A stretch of 64,000 nucleotides of DNA from Mustelus asterias (lineage: Eukaryota). The position numbers and the translations under genes were made by a program. Each line of letters opens with the position of its first letter. Position 1 is the first letter of the stretch. The stretch is taken from NCBI RefSeq assembly GCF_964213995.1, contig NC_135801.1, positions 175,894,001 through 175,958,000 on the forward strand, in the 5' to 3' direction. This document shows positions 1-16,815 of the stretch, piece after piece. A model generated the notes under the pieces. The model had not been told where the DNA came from and searched no databases. It worked only from the letters and a program-made list of their open reading frames with translations.

Positions 1-169
1 TTAACCCGCACATCTTTGGATTGTGGGAGGAAACTGGAGCGCCCGGAGGAAACCCCACGCAGACACGGGGAGAACATGCAAACTCCACACAGACAGTGAC
101 CCGAGGCTGGAATCGAACCCGGGTCCCTGGCGCTGTGAGACAGCCACAGTGTTAATCACCGTGCCACCC
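1..169 (-). mobile_element. HE1-type V-SINE (partial)
   Basis: tRNA-like head and V-SINE core CACTGTCTGTGTGGAGTTTGCA...CTGCGTGGG. Confidence 0.85.
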
Positions 170-199
170 TAATGTAAGCCTACTTGTGACAGTGATAGT

Positions 200-380
200 A
201 GTAGAGGCGGGTACAATTCTGTCTTTTAAAAAGCATTTAGACAGTTGCATGGGTAAGGTGGGTATGGAGGGATATGGGCCAAACGCGGGCAACTGGGACT
301 AGCTTAGTGGTTACATAAAAAGGGCGGCATGGACAAGTTGGGTCGAAAGGCCTGTTTCCATGCTGTAAACCTCTATGACT
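200..380 (+). mobile_element. CR1 3' end fragment
   Basis: Matches the 3' end of the CR1 at 22142-23015 in reverse orientation. Confidence 0.75.
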
Positions 381-844
381 AAGAAATAAATTTAAACTTA
401 AAACTTAGAGCAAAGCTTCAACCTCCCAATTCTGTGGCTCAAAAGTGTCTCCCCAGTATCCTGGTTAAATATTTATCCCTCAACTAGACGACATAGACAA
501 TGGGCCTGATTTTACCAAAACGGGTGTGAAATCGTGGTAAATTTGGGTGTCGGGCCTTTACCGCGATCTGCAACCGAATCCGAGCAGATCGCGCCTTTAC
601 CGACATCCGATTCGGGCGCGGGTCCGGCCTGCACCCGAATCGGGCGGCCCGACGATTTAAATGCATTTGCATGCATTTAAATCGACTTAATGAACCGCGC
701 GCTCAACTCTACCGCCAAATCCCACTTTGCCGTCTTCTGGCCCGATCTGCGTCCGCGCTGTTACCGACCTGCAAAATAAAAGTCTGAAGTCGCCGCTGCA
801 GCCTCCGATGAGCGGGGTCAGAGACTGCAACGGCTCTCTGACCC

Positions 845-5716
<4,872 letters not shown>

Positions 5717-5839
5717 TATTCTGTCCACTCTGCTTTGTAAGTTTAAAAATTGAGTAATTAAAACAAAATACAGTGTTCATTCCACATGTGATTAGAGGCA
5801 TCATCTCATTCTTACCCCTCCCTTAAAGCTGTGCAAAAT

Positions 5840-5886
5840 TTACCTTTCCCTTTTCCGAAACTGGTGGGGACATCGCCTCCGGGAAT
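5840..5886 (-). CDS. CD8B: CD8 beta-like, exon 5 (cytoplasmic tail DSRRRCPHQFRKRER*)
   Basis: TTTCTAG acceptor after a 104-nt intron; CxH motif; TAA at 5842-5840 overlaps a possible AG|GTAAAT donor. The spliced CDS is 648 nt (215 aa plus stop). Confidence 0.8.
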
Positions 5887-5990
5887 CTAGAAAGTGAGGA
5901 GACACGGGGATATAGCGGGTAAATAAATACTGCTACGATTAATGAAATGGATCAATGTCGATATTAACATTAACTAATGTCGGGACTTAC

Positions 5991-6089
5991 CCCTCCTCCG
6001 ACGGTGGATGACAATAGCAATGGTAGAACTCAGCAACAGGAGGTTGAAGGCGAGAAATGACCCCCAGATAGTCCAGCTGCACACATATC
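5991..6089 (-). CDS. CD8B: CD8 beta-like, exon 4 (membrane-proximal Cys and TM: GYVCSWTIWGSFLAFNLLLLSSTIAIVIHRRRR)
   Basis: CAG acceptor and GTAAGT donor, 99 nt, phase 1-1; hydrophobic helix preceded by Cys and followed by a basic stop-transfer run, as in CD8 chains. Confidence 0.85.
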
Positions 6090-6479
6090 CTGGTAGAACA
6101 ACACAATTACACGTCAGGAATCTTTGCTCAGCACAACACAATGGACAGATCTATACACAGGACAAAGCCAGCCATGTCACTGGGCAAAAACCCACTGGGT
6201 CATTCAAATGTTAAGGCTGTCTGTAGTCCAGCGCTGATACATTCCACATCCAGCGTCCCAACTGGAGAGCTTGAGTCAAAGCTAATTGTGTCTGTAATCT
6301 TAACATTACCGGAACATGTCTCAAAACAGAATTCCTTTGGACTGGAATTTCTTACGGTTTGATTTCAACACTGAGAGCTTTAAGTGAATGATTTTTAAAA
6401 TGAATCTGGGTATTAGTGTGATAGATGCCCATTAGAAACATAGAAACACGCAGCATGGAAAAGACACCAAAGCCTCACA

Positions 6480-7130
6480 TGCAAACATTAATGTCTCTCA
6501 GTCACTCCCCAAACCCAAACATTAATGTCTCTCAGTCACTCCCCAAACCCAAACATTAATGTCTCTCACTCACTCACTCCCCCAAACACAAACATTAATG
6601 TCTCTCAGTCACTCACTCCCCAAACCCAAACGTTAATGTCTCTCACTCACTCACTCCCCCAAACACAAACATTAATGTCTCTCACTCACTCACCCAAACA
6701 CAAACATTAATGTCTCTCAGTCACTCACTCCCCAAACCCAAACGTTAATGTCTCTCACTCACTCACTCACTCCCCCAAACACAAACATTAATGTCTCTCA
6801 GTCACTCCCTAAACCCAAACATTAATGTCTCTCAGTCACTCCCCAAACCCAAACATTAATGTCTCTCAGTCACCCACTCCCTAAACCCAAACGTTAATGT
6901 CTCTCAGTCACTCACTCCCCCAAACACAAACATTAATGTCTCTCAGTCACCCACTCCCGAAACCCAAGCATTAATGTCTCTCAGTCACTCACTCCCTAAA
7001 CCCAAACGTTAATGTCTCTCAGTCACTCACACCCGAAACCCAAGCATTAATGTCTCTCAGTCACTCACTCCCTAAACCCAAACGTTAATGTCTCTCAGTC
7101 ACTCCCTTGAATCCAAACATTGTCTTTCAG
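6480..7130. repeat. Minisatellite with about 31-40 bp unit AAACCCAAACATTAATGTCTCTCAGTCACTC(ACTC)nCCC in CD8B intron 3
   Basis: About 19 tandem units are directly visible. Confidence 0.95.
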
Positions 7131-7334
7131 TCATTAGCTCCCTCAAATAAATACTTAATTCTCCATTGATTTTTTTCTTCCTCATCCTACCTCCCTATGA
7201 CCTCTCTATCAGTGTGCATAGAAGCCACTGATGCCATTAGGTCAAGGCTTGATCTTGCACTTTTCAATTTCTCAGATCAAGCCCATGTCCCATGGATCTA
7301 GATAGCTCATCACTCTATCTGCTGAAAGATGAAG

Positions 7335-7600
7335 CTGTCATGTATGGTTCCGTTGACCATCATTTATGGCCATGTTGAATGTCATAAATGGTCCTATTAT
7401 CTGTCATGTAGGGTCATGTTGACCATCATGTTTGGTCCTATTGACTTCCATGTATGGTAATGCTGACCATCATGCATGGTGCCATTGACTGTCATGTATG
7501 ATCCTATTGACTGTCTTGTATGGTCATGTTGACTGCCATGTATGGTCCCATTGATCATCATTTATGGTCCCATTAACTATCATGTATGGTCATGTTGACC
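7335..7600. repeat. Degenerate ~20 bp tandem repeat (TGTCATGTATGGTCATGTTGAC-like)
   Basis: Recurring CATGTATGGT/GTTGAC units. Confidence 0.75.
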
Positions 7601-7687
7601 AACAGAAAGATGCAAACAAGTTAAAGAGAATAAAAGAAAAAAACCTTTTCCGACTTCAGCACGCTCCAAAGTATTTTACAGCCAATT

Positions 7688-7771
7688 AACACAATAAGAA
7701 GTCTCACAACACCAGATTAGAGACTTCTTACTGTGCCCATCCCCGTCCAACGCCGGCATCTCCACATCATG
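7688..7771 (+). mobile_element. Penelope-like mini-insertion (hairpin + tail) in CD8B intron 3
   Basis: Tail GTCCAACGCCGGCATCTCCACATC; ACAGCCAATT duplication (7678-7687 and 7772-7781). Confidence 0.75.
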
Positions 7772-8520
7772 ACAGCCAATTGAGTACTTTCGCAGTGTGG
7801 CCATTGTTGGACTTTTGCGAAGTCACAGCCAATGTCCGTACAGCAAGATCCCACAAACGGCAATTAAATAAATGGCCATTTCATACATTTCTGTACTGGT
7901 TGAGGGATACATATTGTCTAATATGCCGGGAGAGCTCCCCCACTCTTCTAATGACACCTTGAGATGTTTCACATGTATAGGCTAGGGCAACAAAACCTTG
8001 GTTTAATGTTTATCTATTAGTGCCGCAAGTAGGCTTACATTAACACTGCAATGAAGGTACTGTGAAAATCCCCTAGTCGCCACACTCCGGCATCTGTTCG
8101 GGTACACTAAGGGAGAATTCAGCATGATCAATGCCCCTCACCAGTGCTGCCCCGTCTCACCCCAAAGGCCAGTATCTCCGGCAGTGAGGCACTCCGAGTA
8201 CTAGACTGGACTATATGCCCAGATTCTGCAGTGAGACTTGAACTCAAGATGTTCTGATTTAAAGGCAAGATGGAATACTGTCACTGAGCAAAGGCTGCTG
8301 ATCCTGTTTCAAGAGATCTTGCTTTGCAGATACAACAGGAGTACCAAGAAGCTTTATTGTACAAGATTGAAATGTATAAAATTCTGACAGTGCCGGACAA
8401 ACTAGATACAGGGAGGATGTTTTCCCTGGCTGGGGAGCCGGGGACTCTATCTCAGGATACACGGTAGACCATTTAGGATTGAGATGAGGTGAAATCTCTT
8501 TACTCAGAGAGTGGTGAACC

Positions 8521-9167
8521 TAACGAAGTAGAAAGGAACGAGAGCTTCAAGTTTTTAGGTGTCCAGATCACCAACAATCTGTCCTAGTCCCCCCACGCCA
8601 ACACTATAGTTAAGAAAGCCCACCAACGCCTCTACTTTCTCAGAAGACTAAGGAAATTTGGCATGTCAGCTACGACTCTCACCAACTTTTACAGATCCTC
8701 CTTAGAAAACATTATTTCTGGTTATTTCACAGGTTGGTATGGCTCCTGCTCTGCCCAAGACCGCAAGGAACTACAAATGGTCGTAAATGTAGCCCAATCC
8801 ATCACGCAGACCAGCCTCCCATCCATTGACCCTGTCTACACTTCCCACTGCCTCGGTAAAGCAGCCAGCATTATTAAGGACCCCACGCACCCCGGACATT
8901 CTCTCTTCCACCTTCTTCCATCGGGAAAAATATATAAAAATCTGAGGTCATGTACCAACCATCACAAGAACAGCTTCTGCCCTGCTGCTGTCAGATTTTT
9001 GAACGGACCTACCTCGCATTAAGTTGATTTTTCTCTACACCCTAGCTATGACTGTAACAATACATTCTGCACTGTCTCATTTCCTTCTCTACGAACGGTA
9101 TGCTTTGTCTGTATAGCGTGCAAGAAACAATACTTTTCACTGTATGCTAATACATGTGACAATAATA
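8521..9167 (+). mobile_element. Rex1/Babar-like LINE 3' fragment
   Basis: FKFLG..ITNNLS..KKAHQRLYFLRRLRKFG and WYGSCSAQDRKELQ..V motifs. Its (AAATC)n tail is displaced to 10481-10500 by a CR1 insertion; a second 3' end lies at about 17315-17416. Confidence 0.75.
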
Positions 9168-10481
9168 GAAACATAGAAACATAGAAAACTACAGCACAAA
9201 ACAGGCCCTGCAGTCCCACAAGTTGTGCCGAACATATCCCTACCTTTTAGGCCTACCTATAACCCTCCATCCTATTAAGTCCCATGTACTCATCCAGGAG
9301 TCTCTTAAAAGACCCGATTGAGTTTGCCTCCACCACCACTGACGGCAGCCGATTCCACTCGCCCACCATCCTCTGAGTGAGAGTGAAAAACTTCCCCATA
9401 AAATTTCCCCTGTACCTACCCCCCAGCACCTTAAACCTGTGTCCTCTCGTAGCAGCCATTTCCACCCTGGGAAAAAGCCTCTGAGAGTCCACCCGATCTA
9501 TGCCTCTCAACATCTTATATACCTCTATTAGGTCTCCTCTCATCCTACGTCTCTCCAAGGAGAAAAGACCGAGCTCCCTCAGCTTATCCTCATAAGACAT
9601 GCCACTCAATCCAGGCAACATCCTTGTAAATCGCCTCTGCACCCTTTCAATCTTTTCCACATCCTTCCTGTAATGAGGCGACCAGAACTGAGCACAGTAC
9701 TCCAAGTGGGGTCTGACGAGGGTCTTATATAGCTGTGTCATTATCCCTGGACTCCTAAACTCAATCCCTCGATTGATAAAGGCCAGCACACCATACGCCT
9801 TCTTAACCACCTCCTCCACCTGCGGGGCCGATTTCAGAGTCCTATGGACCCGGACCCCAAGGTCCTTCTGATCCTCTACAGTGCTAAGAGTCTTTCCCTT
9901 TATATTGTACTCCTTCATCCCATTCGACCTGCCAAAATGGACCACGACGCATTTATCTGAGTTGAAGTCTATCTGCCACTTCTCCGCCCAGTCTTGCATC
10001 CTATCTATGTCCCTCTGTAACTTCTGACATCCCTCCAGACTATCCACAACCCCACCAACCTCCGTGTCGTCGGCAAACTTACCAACCCATCCCTCCACTT
10101 CCTCATCCAGGTCATTTATGAAAATGACAAACAGCAAGGGTCCCAGAACAGATCCCTGGGGCACACCACTGGTGACCGACCTCCAATTAGAAAAAGACCC
10201 ATCTATACCCACTCTCTGCCTCCTTTGGGCAAGCCAGTTCTGGATCCACAGGGCAGCAGCCCCTTGGATCCCATGCCCTCTCACTTTTTCTAGAAGCCTT
10301 GCATGGCGGACCTTATTGAACGCCTTGCTAAAATCCATATAAACCACATCTACCGCTTTCCCTTCGTCAATGTGTTTAGTCACATTTTCGAAGAACTCCA
10401 CCAGGCTCGTAAGGCACGATCTGCCTGTGACAAAGCCGTGCTGAGTATTCCTGAGCATACTAAACCTCTCTAAATGCTCAT
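9166..10481 (-). mobile_element. CR1 LINE (HER1-like), 5'-truncated
   Basis: 411-aa RT ORF at 9253-10488 and (GTTTCTAT)n tail; same subfamily as 42340-44514. Confidence 0.95.
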
Positions 10482-10803
10482 AAATCAAATCAAATCAAAT
10501 CTGTGGAATTCTGTACCACAGAAGGCTGTGGTGGCCAAGCCACTGAATATATTCAAGAAAGAGATAGATAATCTTTTAGATTTTAATGGCACTGAGGGGC
10601 ATGGGAAAAAAACAGGAATATGGCATTGAGATAGAGGGTCAGCCATGAATATATTGAATGGCGGAGAATGGGATAGATTTCTTTTATATTTCAATGGCAT
10701 CAAGTCTTATGGAGAGAGTGTGAAAATATGGCACTGAGAGAGAGGATCAGTCATGATCATATTGAATGATGGAGCAGGCTCGAAGGGCTTATTCCTGCTC
10801 CTG

Positions 10804-13400
10804 AGGTAGTATGGGCGGAGATTAGAAATAGGAGAGGAGAGGTCACCCTGTTGGGAGTCTTTTATAGACCTCCTAAAAGTTCTAGAGAGGTTGAGGAAAG
10901 GATTGCGGAGTCAATCCTGCTTAGGAGTGAAAGTAATAGGGCAATTGTTATGGGGGATTTTAACTTGACTAATATTGACTGGAATTGTTATAGCTCTAGC
11001 TCGTTAGAGGGGTCAGTTTTTGTTCAAAGCGTGCAGGAAGGTTTTTTGACTCAGTATGTAGACAGGCCAACTAGAGGTGAGGCTATATTGGATCTGGTGC
11101 TGGGAAATGAGCCAGACCAGGTGCTAGACTTGGAAGTTGGTGTGCATTTTGGTGATAGTGACCACAATTCGGTTACGTTCACCTTAGTGATGGAAAGGGA
11201 TAGGCATGAACCTCGGGCCAGTGGTTTTAGCTGGGGGAAGGGTAATTATGAGGCTATTAGGAGAGAATTAGGAAACATAGGTTGGACTAGGAGATTACAG
11301 GGACTGGGAACGTCCGACATGTGGAGTTTTTTCAAGGAGCAGCTACTGCGAGTCTGTGATAGGTATGTCCCTGTCAGGCAAGGAGGAATTGGTAGGGCTA
11401 GGGAACCGTGGTGCACCAAAAAAGTTTCTTTGTTGGTTAAAAAGAAAAAGGAGGCTTATGTTCGGATGAGACGTGAGCACTCGGGTAGTGCACTAGAAAG
11501 CTTTAGATTGGCTAAGAGGGAGTTGAAGAGCGAGCTTAGAAGGGCTAAAAGGGGACATGAGAAGACTTTGGCGGATAGGGTTAAAGAGAATCCTAAGGCG
11601 TTCTATAGGTATGTCAAGAACAGAAGGTTGGTTAGGGCAAGTTTAGGGCCAGTTATAGATGGCAGAGGGAAGTTATGTGTGGAACCGGAGGAGATTGGTG
11701 AAGCATTGAACCAATATTTCTCTTCGGTGTTCACGCAAGGGGACATGAATATAGCTGAGGAGGACACTGGGTTGCAGGGGAGTAGAATAGACAGTATTAC
11801 AGTTGATAAGGAGGATGTGCAGGATATTCTGGAGGGTCTGAAAATAGATAAATCCCCTGGTCCGGATGGGATTTATCCAAGGATTCTCTGGGAGGCAAGA
11901 GAAGTGATTGCAGAGCCTCTGGCTCTGATCTTCAGGTCGTCGTTGGCCTCTGGTATAGTACCAGAAGATTGGAGGTTAGCGAATGTTGTCCCATTGTTTA
12001 AGAAGGGGAACAGAGACTTCCCCGGGAATTATAGACCGGTGAGTCTCACTTCTGTTGTCGGCAAGATGTTGGAAAAAATTATAAGGGATAGGATTTATAG
12101 TTATTTGGAGAGTAATGAATTGATAGGTGATAGTCAGCATGGTTTTGTGGCAGGTAGGTCGTGCCTTACTAACCTTATTGAGTTTTTTGAGAAAGTGACC
12201 AAGGAGGTGGATGGGGGCAAGGCAGTGGACGTGGTATATATGGATTTTAGTAAGGCGTTTGATAAGGTTCACCATGGTAGGCTTCTACAGAAAATGCAGA
12301 TGTATGGGATTGGGGGTGATCTAGGAAATTGGATCAGGAATTGGCTAGCGGATAGGAAACAGAGGGTGGTGGTTGATAGTAAATATTCATCATGGAGTGC
12401 GGTTACAAGTGGTGTACCTCAGGGATCTGTTTTGGGGCCACTGCTGTTTGTAATATTTATTAATGATCTGGATGAGGGTATAGTTGGGTGGATTAGCAAA
12501 TTTGCTGATGACACCAAAGTCGGTGGTGTGGTAGACAGTGAGGAAGGGTGTCGTAGTTTGCAGGAAGACTTAGACAGGTTGCAAAGTTGGGCCGAGAGGT
12601 GGCGGATGGAGTTTAATGCGGAGAAGTGTGAGGTAATTCACTTTGGTAGGAATAACAGATGTGTTGAGTATAGGGCTAACGGGAGGACTTTGAATAGTGT
12701 GGAGGAGCAGAGGGATCTAGGTGTATGTGTGCATAGATCCCTGAAAGTTGGGAATCAAGTAGATAAGGTTGTTAAGAAGGCATATGGTGTCTTGGCGTTT
12801 ATTGGTAGGGGGATTGAATTTAGGAGTCGTAGCGTTATGTTGCAACTGTACACAACTCTGGTGCGGCCGCACTTGGAGTACTGTGTGCAGTTCTGGTCCC
12901 CACATTACAGGAAGGATGTGGAGGCTTTGGAGAGGGTGCAGAGGAGGTTTACCAGGATGTTGCCTGGTATGGAGGGGAAATCCTATGAGGAGAGGCTGAG
13001 GGATTTGGGATTGTTTTCGCTGGAAAGGCGGCGGCTAAGAGGGGATCTTATTGAAACATATAAGATGATTAGAGGTTTAGATAGGGTGGATAGTGATAGC
13101 CTTTTTCCTCTGATGGAGAAATCCAGCACGAGGGGGCATGGCTTTAAATTGAGGGGGGGTAGTTATAGAACCGATGTCAGGGGTAGGTTCTTTACCCAGA
13201 GGGTGGTGAGGGATTGGAATGCCCTGCCAGCATCAGTAGTAAATGCGCCTAGTTTGGGGGCGTTTAAGAGATCCGTAGATAGGTTCATGGACGAAAAGAA
13301 ATTGGTTTAGGTTGGAGGGTCACAGTTTTTTTTTTAACTGGTCGGTGCAACATCGTGGGCCGAAGGGCCTGTTCTGCGCTGTAATGTTCTATGTTCTATG
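10804..13400 (+). mobile_element. Young CR1 LINE, 5'-truncated, with uninterrupted 819-aa ORF2 (partial EN + RT)
   Basis: ORF 10851-13310 has no stops; GDFN, SDH, PQG and FADD motifs; GTTCTAT tail. Confidence 0.97.
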
Positions 13401-13429
13401 ACTGGGGTCTGACCAAAAGTCATATTTCC

Positions 13430-15600
13430 TACAAGGTTAACCATACTTTACAAAAACTTTATGGTGGGACAATTGAGGAACAGTGGAGGACTTTCAAAGT
13501 GATCTTTCACGGTGCTCAGCAAAAGTATATACCAGTGATAAGGAAGGACTGAAGAAAAAGAGATAATCAGCTATGGATATCTAAGGAAATAAAGGAGGGT
13601 ATCAAATTGAAAGAAAAGGCGTACAAAGTGGCAAAGATTAGCGGGAACCTAGAGGATTGGGAAATCTTTAAAAGTCAACAGAAAGCCACAAAAAAAGCTA
13701 TAAAGAAAAGTAAGATGGATTATGAGAGTAAACTAGCTCAGAATATAAAAACAGAGAGCAAAAGTTTCTACAAATATATAAAATGAAAAAGAGTGGCTAA
13801 AGTAAACATTGGTCCTTTAGAGGATGAGAAGGGGGATGTAATAACTGGAAATGAGAAAATGGCTGAGGCATTGAATAGGTATTTTGTGTCGGTTTTCACA
13901 GTGGAAGACACAATTAACGTGCCAAAAATTGATGACAGGAAGGCTATGGCAGGTGAGGACCTAGAAACTATCATTATCACGAAAGAGGTAGTGTTGGGCA
14001 AGTTAATGGGGGCTAAAGGTAGACAAGTCTCCTGGTCCTGATGGAATGCATCCCAGGGTACTAAAAGAGATGGCAGGGGAAATGGCAAATGCACTAGTGG
14101 TAATTTACCAAAATTCGCTGGACTCTGGGGTGGCTCCCACAGATTGGAAAACAGCAAATGTGATGCCACTGTTTAAAAAAGGAGGTAGACAAAAGGCGGG
14201 TAACTATAGGCCGGTTAGCTTAATTTCTGTAGTAGGGAAAATGCTTGAATCTATCATCAAGGAAGAAATAGCAAAACAGCTGGATGTAAATTGTCCCATT
14301 GGTAAGACGCAGCATGGGTTCATGAAGGGCAGGTCATGTTTGACTAATTTGGTGGAATTCTTTGAGAACATTACATGCTCAATGGGGAACCTGCGGATGT
14401 GGTGTATCTGGATTTCCAGAAGGCATTTGACAAGGTGCTGTACCAAAGGCTGCTGCATAAGATAAAGGTGCACGGTGTTACGGGTAATGTATTAGCATGG
14501 ATAGAGGATTGGTTAACTAACAGAAAGCAAAGATTGGGGGTAAATGGGTGTTTTTCTGGTTGGCGATCAGTGACTAGTGGTGTGCCTCAGGGATCAGTGT
14601 CGGGACCGCAATTATTTACAGTTTACATAGATGATTTGGAGTTGGGGACCAAGTGTAGTGTGGCAAAATTCGTGGATGACACTAAGATGAGTGGCAGAGC
14701 AAAGTGTGCAGAGGACGCTGAAAGTCTGCAAAGGGATATAGATAGTCTAAGTGAGTGGACAAGAGTCTGGCAGATGGAGTATAATGTTGGTAAATGTGAG
14801 GTCATCCATTTTGGTCGGAATAACAGCAAAATGGACTATTATTTAAATGGTAAAAAATTTCAGCATGCTGCTGTGCAAAGGGACCTGGGTGTCCTTGTGC
14901 AAGAATCACAAGGAGTTGGTTTGCAGGTGCAGCAGGTAATTAAGAAGGCAAATGTAATTTTGTCCTTTATTGCTAGAGGGATGGAGTTTAAAAACAGCGA
15001 GGTTATGTTGCAGCTGTATAAGGTGCTGGTGAGGCCACACCTGGAGTACTGTGCACAGTTTTGATCTTCTTACTTGAGAAAGGATATACTGGAACTGGAG
15101 GGGGTGCAGAGGAGATTCACGAGGTTGATTCCGGAGTTGAGAGGGTTGGCTTATGAGGAGAGATGGAGTAGACTGGGGCTATACTCATTGGAATTCAGAA
15201 GAATGAAGGGAGATCTTATAGAAACATACAAGATTATGAAGGGAATAGATAAGTTAGAAGCAGCGAAATTGTTTCCACTAGCGAGTGAAACTAGAACTAT
15301 GGGGCATAGCCTCAAAATAAGGGGGAAGAGATTTAGGACTGAGTTGAGGAGGAACTTCTTCACACAAAGGGTTGTGAATCTGTGGAATTCCCTGCCCAGT
15401 GAAGCAGTTGAGGCTACCTCATTGAATGTTTTTAAGGCAAGGATAGATAAACTTTTGAACAGTAAAGGAATTAAGGGTCATGATGAGCGGGCGGGTAAGT
15501 GGAGCTGAGTCCACAAAAAGATCAGCCATGATTTTATTGAATGGCGGAGCAGGCTCGAGGGGTCAGATGGCCTACTCCTGCTCCTAGTTCTTATGTTCTA
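13430..15600 (+). mobile_element. Degenerate CR1 LINE ORF2
   Basis: Frameshifted RT fragments (14046-14465, 14375-15064, 15074-15508); tail ...CCTACTCCTGCTCCTAGTTCTTATG. Confidence 0.9.
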
Positions 15601-16530
15601 CCCCACTGGATACGCAGATACTCCCTGGCCTGAGCTTGCTGCTTCAGTTCAGGATAGTTTTTCTCTGTCCTTATTCATTCTGCCACCACATCCATTGCAA
15701 TGAACTTTAAAATATAACCATTAGTTTGATAATGATGCGTTTTAACATAAATGACATTTAGTGCCAAATTGGACAGATTCCATGGGGAATTCTGCAAGTG
15801 ACCATTCATATCTGTAAACACTGAAGGAGAACCCACTGCACTTTTTAAGAGGGCAACGGACCCTTAAGCATTGATGTGACAGAAGACCCAAGGCTATGGG
15901 GATAAATGAGATGGTTTTGCTTTACTTTAGCAAAAAAAGGCAATGCAGACACGATGGGTGGAGTGGCCACACTCTGCAGGGTAAGCTGACTTGTAAAATT
16001 GAAGGGCTGGTTGACACGGCACATCAGGAGGGTTTCTTGGGGCCAAAGCACCAGGAGTCTGATTCAACTGAACAAAAATCCTCATTCTAATTGTCTCAAG
16101 GGAAGAGAGACTGAGTCTTCCATCCCTAACATTTACCACAGACCATGTATCAACGTCCTCACAAATCCATGACCGACTGAATTCATTCAAAGTTGAAGGG
16201 AACGGGTTAAAAACGCTCACTGTAATTTCAGACCATTAAAACTTTCTACATTCATCGCACTGTTGTCAAGTCCAACGAAAATAAACAGCTAAGTTTCTAA
16301 GTTTCTAAGCTGCAACTTGCTTTTAATATATTGCCTTTAAGGTGCTCAAACTCCCAAGGGGATTGAATGGAGTGGTATTGATGAACATTTGACACCCATT
16401 CACATTAGGAGAGATTAGCAGAGGTGACTGAAAGCTTGCTCACATTGTTTAAAGATTGCTTCAAAGGGACAGAAAGTGGTTTAGAGAGAGGAGCAGAGGT
16501 TTAGAGAGGGAGTTCCAGAAAAGTTTCATT

Positions 16531-16815
16531 GGTGGCACAGTAGTTAGCATTGCTGCCTCACAGCAGCAGGGACCTGGGTTTGATTCCCAATTTGGGTCAC
16601 TGTCTGTGTGGAGTTTGCACATTCTGCCCGTGTCTGGGTTTCCTCCGGGTGCTCCGTTTCCCTCCCACACTCCAAAGATGTGCAGGCATGCTAAATTCTC
16701 CCTCAGTGTACCTGAACAGGTGTCGGAGTGTGGCGACTAGGGAATTTTCAAAGTACCTTCATCACAGTGTGAATGTAAGTTTACTTGTGACTAATAAATA
16801 AACTTTAACTTTAAA
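16531..16815 (+). mobile_element. HE1-type SINE, alternative tail B
   Basis: Head and core, then GTGTGGCGACTAGGG..ACTTGTGACTAATAAATAAACTTT. Confidence 0.85.

Noticed and set aside
6480-7130. CRISPR-like array
   Set aside because: Eukaryotic context and no unique spacers; it is a plain minisatellite.
15927-16220. Extra CD8B stalk exon (ORF VSVFNPFPSTLN...)
   Set aside because: Weak pyrimidine tract, no convincing phase-1 donor, and exon 3 already joins exon 4 in frame.
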